Made by a program: the position numbers and the translations under genes. DNA of 64,000 nucleotides from the NCBI GenBank assembly GCA_944389395.1, contig CALXME010000001.1:67957-131956 (forward strand). Direction: 5' to 3'. The stretch is from an uncultured Clostridia bacterium. GTDB taxonomy: Bacteria; Bacillota; Clostridia; TANB77; CAG-508. Below, piece after piece: positions 1 to 12,850 of this stretch. The stretch's first letter is position 1; every line of letters starts with the position of its first letter. A model generated the notes under the pieces. The model did not search any database and was not told the origin of the DNA. It worked only from the letters and a program-made list of their open reading frames with translations.

Positions 1-1
1 T

Positions 2-1642
<1,641 letters not shown>

Positions 1643-1740
1643 CGTGGCACGTTTTGTTTTTACAAAGTAAAAATGAAAGTGGCGATAGTTAATTTGGATA
1701 AAATTTATCTATGGAAGATAAATTTTATTGCCTCGCAGAG

Positions 1741-1806
1741 CCCCCGAGTTGTGTTAGCATGACACAACTCATAGGGGGTTAGGACTTATGACAGAGCCAA
1801 AGTCCT
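1741..1806. other. Candidate oriT: nested inverted repeats (CCCCCGAGTTGTGT..ACACAACTCATAGGGGG, then GGACTT..AAGTCC) immediately upstream of the MobV relaxase
   Basis: Strong hairpins seen directly in sequence. A GTGTTAG core resembles MobV/pMV158-type nick regions. Position matches the RSA-like oriT upstream of tnpZ in Tn4451-family elements. Confidence 0.45.
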
Positions 1807-1872
1807 GTGAAAAATACTTCGTATTTTTATGGAGCCTTCGGCTTAAAAAGAATCTTTAAGGAGGTGCTTTTG

Positions 1873-3258
1873 ATGGAACAAGAATTAGCATATTCATTTC
1901 ACCTAGGTAGTGATAAAAACAAAAGTAAATTAGCCAAAAGAGTATCAAAAGATAATGTATCTGGTACTACTTCTCTATCAAATAATGCTATTCAAAATGC
2001 AAATGATTTATCTAGAGTTAATAAGCATAATTTAAGAGATTATGATAAAAATAAAGAATTAATTAAAGTAATTTATGGTACAGATAATATTATAACTGAT
2101 GTAAAAGATTTGTATTTAAAAGAATTTGAAGAATCTAAGATAGATTATAATAATAAGCAAAGTCGTGAAGATAGAAAAATCAAAGACTACTTCCAAAAAG
2201 TATGTGAATCTCAAAACGATATAGCCTGTGAAATTATAATAGAACTTGGAGATATGGACTTTTGGAATGATAAAGACCAAGAATATAGATTAAAGATGAT
2301 TGATGTATATAATGAACAAATAAAAGATTTAATTAAAATTGTACCAACTTTTAAAATAGCAAATGCTACAATACATTTTGATGAAACTTCTCCACATATG
2401 CACATTGTAGGTGTACCAGTAGTTGAAAATTGTACTAGAGGGATGAAAAAACAAGTTGGAAAAAGCAAGCTATTTACTAAAACATCATTAACTCAAATAC
2501 AAGACAAAATGAGAAATGCTTGTATTAAGTCATATAATAAGTTTTATGAAGTTGATACTAGACTAAAAGAAAAACAAAAAGGTAGAAATCAAGATATAAA
2601 TGTAAAAGATATGAGTAATTACAAAAAAATTAAGAAACAATTGGACAAGAACACACAAAAACTTGTTGAAGCAAATAATCAAACAGAAAAACTAGACAAT
2701 AGCAGTAAAGATATAAATTCAATATTAGATAAACTAAAACCATCTAAACTTAATAAAAATAATAATCTTATTTCAAACGAGGATGTTGAAAAAATAAAAA
2801 AATTTACCAAAGATGTAAAAGATATTACTAAAACAGTTAGAAGTGTAAATGACTTAAATATGGCTATTAAAGATTTTGAACATAGTTCTTTTGAAATAGC
2901 ACAAGAAAATTCTTCACTAAAATATCAATTAGAGTTAAAAACTGATGAAATTGATAAATTGAAAAAAGATTTATCTGCTAAAGATAAGATCATTGGTAAA
3001 TTACAATCGGAAAAAGAAAAAATAAAACAAGAATTGAAAAAATTTAAAGACTTTTGGCATAATATTATGAGCCATTTCCATAAGCGAATATGCTATGATA
3101 AAGATGAAAACTATAAAATAGTTAGTGATGACTTATACAAAAATGGTATATTTACTGATGATGAAAATGAAATTGAAAATAATATTGCTAGAAAAGTAAG
3201 ACCTAAAGAAGAACTAGAAAATAAGAGTAAAAAGAGAAATAATTATGAATTAAAATAA
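1873..3258 (+). CDS. Plasmid recombination/mobilization relaxase, MobV (Mob/Pre, TnpZ-like)
   Basis: AAGGAGG RBS 8 nt before ATG at 1873. Conserved MobV motifs include HFDETSPHMHIVGVPV (HxDE..PHxH) and an N-terminal relaxase domain. C-terminal coiled-coil tail. Confidence 0.85.
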   Translation: MEQELAYSFHLGSDKNKSKLAKRVSKDNVSGTTSLSNNAIQNANDLSRVNKHNLRDYDKNKELIKVIYGTDNIITDVKDLYLKEFEESKIDYNNKQSREDRKIKDYFQKVCESQNDIACEIIIELGDMDFWNDKDQEYRLKMIDVYNEQIKDLIKIVPTFKIANATIHFDETSPHMHIVGVPVVENCTRGMKKQVGKSKLFTKTSLTQIQDKMRNACIKSYNKFYEVDTRLKEKQKGRNQDINVKDMSNYKKIKKQLDKNTQKLVEANNQTEKLDNSSKDINSILDKLKPSKLNKNNNLISNEDVEKIKKFTKDVKDITKTVRSVNDLNMAIKDFEHSSFEIAQENSSLKYQLELKTDEIDKLKKDLSAKDKIIGKLQSEKEKIKQELKKFKDFWHNIMSHFHKRICYDKDENYKIVSDDLYKNGIFTDDENEIENNIARKVRPKEELENKSKKRNNYELK

Positions 3259-3272
3259 GGAGTAAAAAAATT

Positions 3273-3593
3273 ATGAAAGAAAATAAAGTTGAGAATGTAA
3301 TAAATATAATTAAAGATTTGGATACAAAAGATAAATTGAGATTAGGAATTTGCTTAACTACAAGTGATTGGGCTAATATTTTATATAATAAAACAGAAAT
3401 GTATGAGAAATTTGATACTATGTTAAAAGAAATTGATGAAGAATATAGAACTACTTTAGTAAATTTTGCAAAATATAAGATTGTAATGTTTACAATGGCT
3501 AAAATTATGGAGATGGAACAAGTTGAAAGAAATCAAGTTTCTTTGTATTTGTTTAATAATACTAACTTAAATAAAAAGATTAGTCGTAATTAG
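3273..3593 (+). CDS. Hypothetical small protein (TnpW-position accessory gene)
   Basis: 106-aa ORF directly after the relaxase with an AGGAG RBS. No recognisable motif. Confidence 0.35.
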   Translation: MKENKVENVINIIKDLDTKDKLRLGICLTTSDWANILYNKTEMYEKFDTMLKEIDEEYRTTLVNFAKYKIVMFTMAKIMEMEQVERNQVSLYLFNNTNLNKKISRN

Positions 3594-3618
3594 GCAATGA
3601 GTATTAGTGGCTAAAGTG

Positions 3619-3647
3619 TTGAAAAAGCATATATTTTGTGATATACT
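3619..3647 (+). promoter_or_regulatory. Sigma-A-like promoter (TTGAAA-17-TATACT with extended -10 TG) for the HD hydrolase gene
   Basis: TTGAAA at 3619, 17-nt spacer, TGaTATACT at 3639-3647, about 22 nt before the RBS. Confidence 0.45.
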
Positions 3648-3669
3648 ATTTACACGTTAAGAGGTAAAA

Positions 3670-4323
3670 ATGGATAAAGAAGAAATATTAAATAAAATAA
3701 AAAGATATGTGAAAGAAGTATGTAAAAATGACTCATCCGGTCACGATTGGTGGCATATACAAAGAGTATATAATAATGCAATGTTAATAAACAAAAAAGA
3801 AGGAGCAAATGAGTTTGTATTAACTGCAATTGTTTTAATGCATGATTTATATGATCACAAATTTTATGATGGAAATATTGAGGAGAAGTTAGAAGAATTA
3901 CTAAAACAATTACAGGTTTATGAGTACATATCAGAAGAATATAGAAAAAATATAATTAATAGTTGTGCAAATTTAGGATTTAGTAGTAATTTTTCTGTAA
4001 AAAAAGAATTATCACAAGAAGGAAAAATAGCACAAGATGCAGATAGATTGGATGCATTAGGAGCTATTGGTATTGCGCGAACTTTTGCATATGGCGGAAA
4101 AAAAGGAAAACTAATATACAATCCAAATAATAATGGACTTGTTGAAGAAAAAGAATATGTTCAAAAAGGTTCTAAAACTTCAATTAGTCATTTTTATGAT
4201 AAATTATTAAAAATAAAAGATTCTATAAATACAGATACTGCAAAGGAAATATCAATAAAGAGACATAAATTTATGGAAGATTTCTTAAATGAGTTCTTTG
4301 ATGAATGGAATGGAGAAAAATGA
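3670..4323 (+). CDS. HD-domain phosphohydrolase (YedJ-like)
   Basis: HDWWH..HD motifs: GHDWWHIQRV, LMHDLYDHKF, QDADRLDALGAIGIAR. Confidence 0.75.
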   Translation: MDKEEILNKIKRYVKEVCKNDSSGHDWWHIQRVYNNAMLINKKEGANEFVLTAIVLMHDLYDHKFYDGNIEEKLEELLKQLQVYEYISEEYRKNIINSCANLGFSSNFSVKKELSQEGKIAQDADRLDALGAIGIARTFAYGGKKGKLIYNPNNNGLVEEKEYVQKGSKTSISHFYDKLLKIKDSINTDTAKEISIKRHKFMEDFLNEFFDEWNGEK

Positions 4324-5103
4324 TAGATACAGGATATTTATTTTCAAAAGATGACAAAAGAATATTTGTAAATACATGTTTAGGATGTACAGGTAAATGT
4401 TCATATTGCTATTTGGGAAAAATGGGATATGATAATAATGCTATAGTTTCAAGAGTAAAGAAAGCTGAAGAATTAATTAAAGAAATTGAACAACAACGGA
4501 ATTTCAAATGAAGTATTAATAACATTAGGTTGCTTTTCGGAATGCTGGGATAATAATAATAAACCAGAAACAATAAAATTAATTCAGTATTTTTTACAAA
4601 GGGGAAATCAAATTCAATTATCTACAAAAAAAGAGATAAAAACGGAAGAATTTTGTCAACTTAAAAATCTGATTCAATATTTAGGACAGCTAGTGGTTTT
4701 TGTTAGTTCGGCAAGTATAAGACAGTGGAACACAATTGAGAGAGGAACAGATGCACCAAATAAAAGATTTAACACATTTGAATTATCAAGACAGCTAGAT
4801 ATTCCAACAGTTTTATATATGAAACCAGTATTAAAAGGAATAACTATTAAAGATATTGATTTATATAAAGAAGTTATTAGTAAATATGACATAAAAGATG
4901 TTGTTGTAGGAAGTATTTTTGGTGAACAGCCATCTCAAGAAACAGTGCATTTTTCTGATAAGGGATTACTATTTTATAATCCTGTTTCAGATGAATCACA
5001 AATTAAAAGAGAATTAATGGCAACAGGAAATGTAAGAGTGTTTTCAAGAAGTACACAGGTTACACAATATTATAAAGACAAAAGTAAAAATATAGAAAGA
5101 TAA
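4305..5103 (+). CDS. SplB-like radical SAM DNA-repair lyase paralog, interrupted by a +1 frame change at 4497-4500 (CGG AAT T)
   Basis: CLGCTGKCSYCYLG cluster is CxxxCxxC, like the splB at 19024. Frame 0 ends ..EIEQQRNFK*. The +1 frame continues GISNEVLITLGCFSEC... Pseudogene or recoded. Confidence 0.6.
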
Positions 5104-5471
5104 TAAGTTTAATTAGATAATAGAAAATATGTTATAATTATAAGCAATGTAACATTTTATAACTCCATTAAATCAGTGACTATATACAAATTTATTATGG
5201 ATAATTAACACAAAAGAACAAGTTTGTTCTTCTTCGCTTTTAAAGCCAGGCTTTTTTATTGGTTTTATATATTTTATATTGGTCTTGTATTTTATAAAAA
5301 ATATGATATACTTTAATAAATTGATTGATATTTGTATCAATCGTCAAGAAAGCCAAAAAAGTTGTAGATAACTACTTCGTTGGCACCAAGACGAGTTTTT
5401 GTCGAACTCTCTGTAATGCTTGATACAACTTGATTTCAAGATTATAAGAATTTGACAACACAAAAACTTTA

Positions 5472-5502
5472 AACCGTTTCAAAAAAGAAACGGTCTTTTT
5501 TT
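5472..5502 (+). terminator. Rho-independent terminator (ACCGTTTC-loop-GAAACGGT + T7)
   Basis: Hairpin plus U-run seen in sequence. No annotated CDS upstream within 360 nt, which suggests a small transcript. Confidence 0.55.
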
Positions 5503-5504
5503 GA

Positions 5505-5807
<303 letters not shown>

Positions 5808-5932
5808 CAAGTCAAAACATTGATATTTTAGAGTTTTTAAAAATTGTACTATATTGATTTATTAATCGTATTTAAAAATAAAAGGATAGAGATAGTTAAA
5901 GCAATAAATATAAAATTCTAAAGTGTCAATAG

Positions 5933-7826
<1,894 letters not shown>

Positions 7827-7834
7827 AAATTATA

Positions 7835-8239
7835 ATGGAGGAATTGAAAGTGAAAAATAAAGAAGTAAGAGAAAACAATATTGAAAATAAATATGGAATG
7901 GAATATGCAAAGATTGGAGATTATTATATGCCTAACTTGGTATTAGAAAAAGAAAAAATTATATTAAATAAATACGGAAGAATGAGATTAAAATTTCTAA
8001 AAGAAAATAAGAAAGCAGAATATACAATAATGTTTATGAATGGAACTTTGAATAAACATTTAAAAGAGATTCAAGAAACAGCACAAACAAGAGTTAACAT
8101 TATAATTGTGCAACTAAAACAACAAAATAATTTAACAGAAGAAATGAAAAATACAGACCAATTATATTGGGTTAGTATAATGAATAGTTTTAAAAATATA
8201 GCAGAAGAAATTGTACTAAATGAATTAATATATGTATAA
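7835..8239 (+). CDS. TnpV-like transposon accessory protein (putative)
   Basis: 134-aa gene immediately downstream of the serine recombinase. Motifs GDYYMPNL, KYGRMRLKFLKE, LNKHLKEI recall TnpV-family proteins. Assignment from memory only. Confidence 0.4.
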   Translation: MEELKVKNKEVRENNIENKYGMEYAKIGDYYMPNLVLEKEKIILNKYGRMRLKFLKENKKAEYTIMFMNGTLNKHLKEIQETAQTRVNIIIVQLKQQNNLTEEMKNTDQLYWVSIMNSFKNIAEEIVLNELIYV

Positions 8240-8295
8240 GGAATTACTGGTAGGAGAAAACAGGCAAATGTATAGCCAAATTTAATATCTATAAG

Positions 8296-8346
8296 TGTAG
8301 CGAGCATAGGTTTTGTGTTGCCACGAAAACCGACAGCTTACGCTGA
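8296..8346. other. Candidate oriT for the MobC/relaxase pair: imperfect inverted repeat centred on TTGCCAC
   Basis: GGTTTTGTG-TTGCCAC-GAAAACC and flanking AGCGAGC/GCTTACGCT inverted symmetry, in the intergenic region upstream of mobC. Confidence 0.3.
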
Positions 8347-8481
8347 AAGGAGATTTTATCCCCTATACCCCCTACTTTTATAAAAGGAAAAAATTAAAAA
8401 TAAGAATTAAAATTGAATAAAAGATAGAAAAATTTTAAGAAAGATTTTATAAAAAATGAAATAAAAAGGAAGTGAAAAAAT

Positions 8482-8805
8482 ATGAGAAATAGAACAATAG
8501 GAATTAATGTTAGAGTAAGTGAAAGCGAGAAGAAAAAATTAAAAAGAAATGCTAAAAAGAGTGGATTAAATTTATCAGCTTATTTAAGAAAATCAGGATT
8601 GAAACAAGAAATTTATGCAATACCAGATGAAAATATTTATAAAATTTATACAGGAATTGTGGAATTAAAAAATGAATTTCCTTATATGAATGATGAAGAA
8701 ATAAAAGAAAAAATAACAAAAATGCAAAGTGACTTTTTAAATATTTACAACTATAAAAAAGATGGAGATGATGTAGATGGCAACAACGAAAATATGGGCA
8801 ATTAA
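8482..8805 (+). CDS. MobC-like relaxosome accessory protein (ribbon-helix-helix)
   Basis: RVSESEKKKLKRNAKKSGLNLSAYLRK matches the MobC signature. Overlaps the relaxase start. Confidence 0.6.
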   Translation: MRNRTIGINVRVSESEKKKLKRNAKKSGLNLSAYLRKSGLKQEIYAIPDENIYKIYTGIVELKNEFPYMNDEEIKEKITKMQSDFLNIYNYKKDGDDVDGNNENMGN

Positions 8806-10150
8806 AGATAGTCTTTCTCGTGTGGTAAATTATGCAAAAAATCCAGAAAAAACGATATTTTCTGATTTAAAACAAGTACTAAAATATGCAGAAAATGATG
8901 AGAAGACTATTGATAAAAATGAAAAAACTATGTATGTAACTGGAGTAAATTGTAGAGCAGAAACAGCATATGAAGAAATGATGTCAGTACAAAATAGATT
9001 TGATAAAACCACAGGAAATGTTGCATATCATGCATACCAAAGTTTCAAGACAGGAGAAGTATCACCAGAATTAGCTCATAAAATTGGAGTAGAACTTGCT
9101 GAAAAAATGTGGAGTGAATATCAAGTAGTAGTTGCAACACACTTTAATACTGGCACATATCATAATCATTTTGTAGTAAATTCAGTAAATATGTTTACAG
9201 GGAAGAAATTTAATTGTAATAAGGGGGCATATTATCATTTCAGAGAGTTATCAGATGAACTATGTAGAGAATATGGACTAACAGTTATTGAAAAACCAAG
9301 AGGAAAAACACCAAGAAGTATATATTTTGCAGAAAAACGAGGAAAGCCAACAAAATATAATGTAATAAGAAAAGCTATTGATGAAACAATGGAAATGTGT
9401 ATAAATTATGGACAATTTAAAAAGATAATGCTTAAAAAAGGTTATATTATAAATGATGATTATAATAGGAAGTATCCAACAATTCGCTCAATGAATGATA
9501 AAAAAGCAGTAAGAATGTATCATTTAGGAGAAGAATATTTGCCAAAAAATATTGCAAACAAAGTTGAACACAACCCTTATTATTATCAAAATAGATATAT
9601 GGAATTTATACACCATAAAAAGAAAAAACAAAAATATAAAGTTTACAAGTATAAAGGTAAATTCAAAGGCATAAGTAAAATGAGTGGAATTGATGTAATA
9701 TTTTTATTATTATTTCATTTATTAGGACTATTACCCAAACGAGAAAACTATCAGCCACTATCTCCAGAAATGAAACAAGAAGTAAGAAAAATGGAACGAT
9801 ATTCAAATGAAATTAGACTTATTGTAACTGAAAAACTAAAAACAACAGAAGATGTAAAAAGCTATATTACACAAACTGAAAAAGATATTGAAGATGTTAC
9901 TAATTTAAGGCAAAAATACAGAAATAAGCTGAGAAATTGCAAAGAAGATAACTTAATAGAAGAATACAAAGAAAAGCGAAGTGAATGTACTACAACACTA
10001 AATAAGTATAGAAAAAATCTAAAAATAGCAAACTATATTTTAGAAGATATACCAAAGGTTAAAGAAGTTATAAAAATTGAAATACAAATGAAGAGAGCTC
10101 AAGAAGATATTACTAAAACAAAGAAAAAAGATAGGAATTTAAACAGATAA
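8777..10150 (+). CDS. Relaxase/mobilization nuclease (MobA/MobL, MobP/Q-type)
   Basis: His-triad HxNxxHxH in VATHFNTGTYHNHFVVNSV. N-terminal relaxase domain, then coiled-coil C-terminus. Confidence 0.75.
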   Translation: MATTKIWAIKDSLSRVVNYAKNPEKTIFSDLKQVLKYAENDEKTIDKNEKTMYVTGVNCRAETAYEEMMSVQNRFDKTTGNVAYHAYQSFKTGEVSPELAHKIGVELAEKMWSEYQVVVATHFNTGTYHNHFVVNSVNMFTGKKFNCNKGAYYHFRELSDELCREYGLTVIEKPRGKTPRSIYFAEKRGKPTKYNVIRKAIDETMEMCINYGQFKKIMLKKGYIINDDYNRKYPTIRSMNDKKAVRMYHLGEEYLPKNIANKVEHNPYYYQNRYMEFIHHKKKKQKYKVYKYKGKFKGISKMSGIDVIFLLLFHLLGLLPKRENYQPLSPEMKQEVRKMERYSNEIRLIVTEKLKTTEDVKSYITQTEKDIEDVTNLRQKYRNKLRNCKEDNLIEEYKEKRSECTTTLNKYRKNLKIANYILEDIPKVKEVIKIEIQMKRAQEDITKTKKKDRNLNR

Positions 10151-10303
10151 TAATACAAAGAGGTTGTTATATATAAAAGTGGCAATCTCTTTTATATTAA
10201 TTTTTGGAAATAATTGTTTTTATACGGATTTTATGATATAAATAAGGAAAATACGAAAATTGCGACGTTTTTATAGCAAGTTTTAAAACGGAGGAAAATA
10301 AGA

Positions 10304-10873
10304 ATGGATAAAAAAACTATTATGATTGATATGGATGAAGTTATTGTAGTAGGGAATTTCTCAAATTATTTAATAGAATTTTTAGGAAAAGTAGATTTTG
10401 ACAAACTACATAGTCAATATAGACAAGATTTAATAAAAGGAAAAGAGGAAGAATTTAAGACAATATATAAATATAAAAATTTATATAAAAATAATAATGG
10501 AAACTATATTGAGCCATTACCTAATTGTATAGAAGTAATCAAAGAATTAAATGAAAAATATGATGTTTATATTGCTACAACTTATATTTGGAAAGAAGAT
10601 GTAATTGATGCAGCTACTAATTTAAAAAATAAATTTGAGTATTTACATTATTGGCTTCCTTTTATTGATACAAATAATTTTATATTTATGACAGACAAAA
10701 CAAAAATAAAATATGACATAGGAATTGATGATAGAGTATCAAATTTAGAAAATTGTGATAAAAAGTTATTATTTACAGAATTTAGAAATAAAAAATTAAC
10801 TGATAACGAACTTAAAGCTAAAGGAATAGTAAGAGTAAATAATTGGCTAGATGTAAAAGAAGAATTGATATAA
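10304..10873 (+). CDS. 5'(3')-deoxyribonucleotidase-like HAD phosphatase (NT5C family)
   Basis: N-terminal IMIDMDEVIVVGN (DxD HAD motif), IGIDD later. Size about 190 aa. Confidence 0.5.
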   Translation: MDKKTIMIDMDEVIVVGNFSNYLIEFLGKVDFDKLHSQYRQDLIKGKEEEFKTIYKYKNLYKNNNGNYIEPLPNCIEVIKELNEKYDVYIATTYIWKEDVIDAATNLKNKFEYLHYWLPFIDTNNFIFMTDKTKIKYDIGIDDRVSNLENCDKKLLFTEFRNKKLTDNELKAKGIVRVNNWLDVKEELI

Positions 10874-10907
10874 TTAAAAATATAAGGGATTCAGAATATA
10901 TATAGGA

Positions 10908-11426
10908 TTGGAGAGAAATATTATGGATAAGCCAATAAGAAAGGCAGTACGATGCTATTTAATAAAAGACAATGAAGTAGTAGTAACAAAATATAAAAAA
11001 GGTAATAAAAAAGAAGGATATTACGATATACCTGGAGGCAAAATTGAGGAAGGAGAAAACCCAAAGCAAACAGCAATAAGAGAAATGAAAGAAGAAACAG
11101 GAATAAATATACAAAATCTAAAATATAAAGGAATTATGACAATAGAATATCCAGATAGAATGTTTATATTTGACACATATATCTCTAAGGAATATGAAGG
11201 AGAACCACAGGAGTTTGAGGAAAATACATCAGAGTGGATAGATATAGATGAATTATTAAAAAAAGAAAAAATATTGTCGAATATAATATTATTAGATAAA
11301 TTTCTTATAAAAGGCTTAATAGAGGATAATTGCAATTTTAACTTACATATAAAAGTAGATGAACAAGAGAATATTTTGCGAATAGACTATAAATTAGAAA
11401 AAGATAATAATAAGAAAATGAAATAA
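10908..11426 (+). CDS. NUDIX hydrolase
   Basis: Nudix box GGKIEEGENPKQTAIREMKEETG. Confidence 0.8.
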   Translation: MERNIMDKPIRKAVRCYLIKDNEVVVTKYKKGNKKEGYYDIPGGKIEEGENPKQTAIREMKEETGINIQNLKYKGIMTIEYPDRMFIFDTYISKEYEGEPQEFEENTSEWIDIDELLKKEKILSNIILLDKFLIKGLIEDNCNFNLHIKVDEQENILRIDYKLEKDNNKKMK

Positions 11427-11442
11427 TGGAGGTCATAAAATA

Positions 11443-12279
11443 ATGAAAATAGCAGTTATTTCAGATATACATGGGAATTTAGAAGCATTAAAAGCAACTC
11501 TAAAAGATATAGAAAAAAGAAAAGTAGATAAAATCATATGTTTAGGAGATATAATAGCAAAAGGAGTACATCCAAAAGAATGTATATCATTAATAAGAAC
11601 AAACTGCGAAATAGTATTACAAGGGAACTGTGATGTTCATTTTTCAACAGAGCATAAGAATATTGACGAAATGAATGAGCAAGAGAAAAAAAGAATAAAA
11701 TGGAATCAATCATTAATAGATAAAGAGGATAGAGAATATTTATTAAATTTACCGTTTTGCTATGAACTATATATGAGTGGGAGTTTAATAAGATTATTTC
11801 ATGCAACACCTACTATTAATAACAAAGCAATATTAAATGTTGATAGTATTGAAACAAAATAGCAAATGTTTTTACCAAGTGAAAAAACACTATCTCAAGA
11901 TATTGCAGATGTTGTAATATATGGTCATATTCATCATCCATATATGGACAAAATATACAATAAAACTATAATAAATGTAGGAAGTGTAGGAAATTCTTTC
12001 GATGTTATAAGGAATAAAAATAAAGATAGCGACGTGTTAGAAACTACGAAAAGTAATTATCTAATAATTGAAGGAGAATACGGAAGTAGAGAATATTTGT
12101 CAGATATTTCATTTCAGTTTATAAAAGTACCTTATGATATTGACAGAGAATTAGAAGATGAAAATTTGAATATTGAAAAAGAAAACTATAGATTTGAGTT
12201 AAAACAAGGTATGTATAGAGATATGACTAGAATTAACGAAAATTTTAAAAAATTAGGAATAGATGTGGATAAAATTTAA
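11443..12279 (+). CDS. PrpE-like metallophosphoesterase (Ser/Thr phosphatase / Ap4A hydrolase family) interrupted by an in-frame TAG at 11860-11862
   Basis: DIHGN, GDIIAKG, GNCD motifs before the stop. YGHIHHP and downstream after it. Both halves are in the same frame. Confidence 0.65.
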
Positions 12280-12293
12280 GGAGGAAAATTGCA

Positions 12294-12725
12294 ATGGAAA
12301 TTATTGTAGGAGGAATCATTGAAAAAGACAATAAAATATTAATGGTAAAAGAGGCAAAAAAGAAATGTTATGGAAAATGGAATGTACCTGCCGGGCATTT
12401 AGAAGATGGAGAAACAATATTCCAAGGAGCTATTAGAGAAATATTTGAAGAAACAGGATGTAAAGTTAGACTGAAAAATGTACTTCCAATAATAAATAAA
12501 GAATGGGAAAATGTTACATTTTTATTAATAACTTTTACAACGGAATTATTAGAAGAAAACATTTCTTTTAATAAAGAAGAAATTTTAGATGTTAAATGGA
12601 TTTCAAAGGAAGAGTTAAAAAATATGACAAGTGAAAACTTAAGAGATGAAAAATTAATAAAAAGCACATTAAAAATGCTTGAAGAAAATAAATTATATCC
12701 TTTAGATGTAATAGAAATATTATAA
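12294..12725 (+). CDS. NUDIX hydrolase
   Basis: Nudix box GHLEDGETIFQGAIREIFEETG. Confidence 0.8.
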   Translation: MEIIVGGIIEKDNKILMVKEAKKKCYGKWNVPAGHLEDGETIFQGAIREIFEETGCKVRLKNVLPIINKEWENVTFLLITFTTELLEENISFNKEEILDVKWISKEELKNMTSENLRDEKLIKSTLKMLEENKLYPLDVIEIL

Positions 12726-12850
12726 TATATCAATTCATGGAAATAACTAAAACGAGATGATTGATTTTAGAAAGGCAGAGGAAAAAAAGATTATGATTTA
12801 GAAAATAGCAGTTAAAAAATATACATAGAAAAACTAAAATGGTATGAAAA

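Noticed and set aside
2211-2468. 85-aa minus-strand ORF inside the MobV relaxase
   Set aside because: Nested antisense ORF without signals. The relaxase frame carries the conserved motifs.
11860-11862. In-frame TAG as pyrrolysine
   Set aside because: Single occurrence. No pylTSBCD genes or PYLIS-like context visible. Nonsense mutation or error is simpler.
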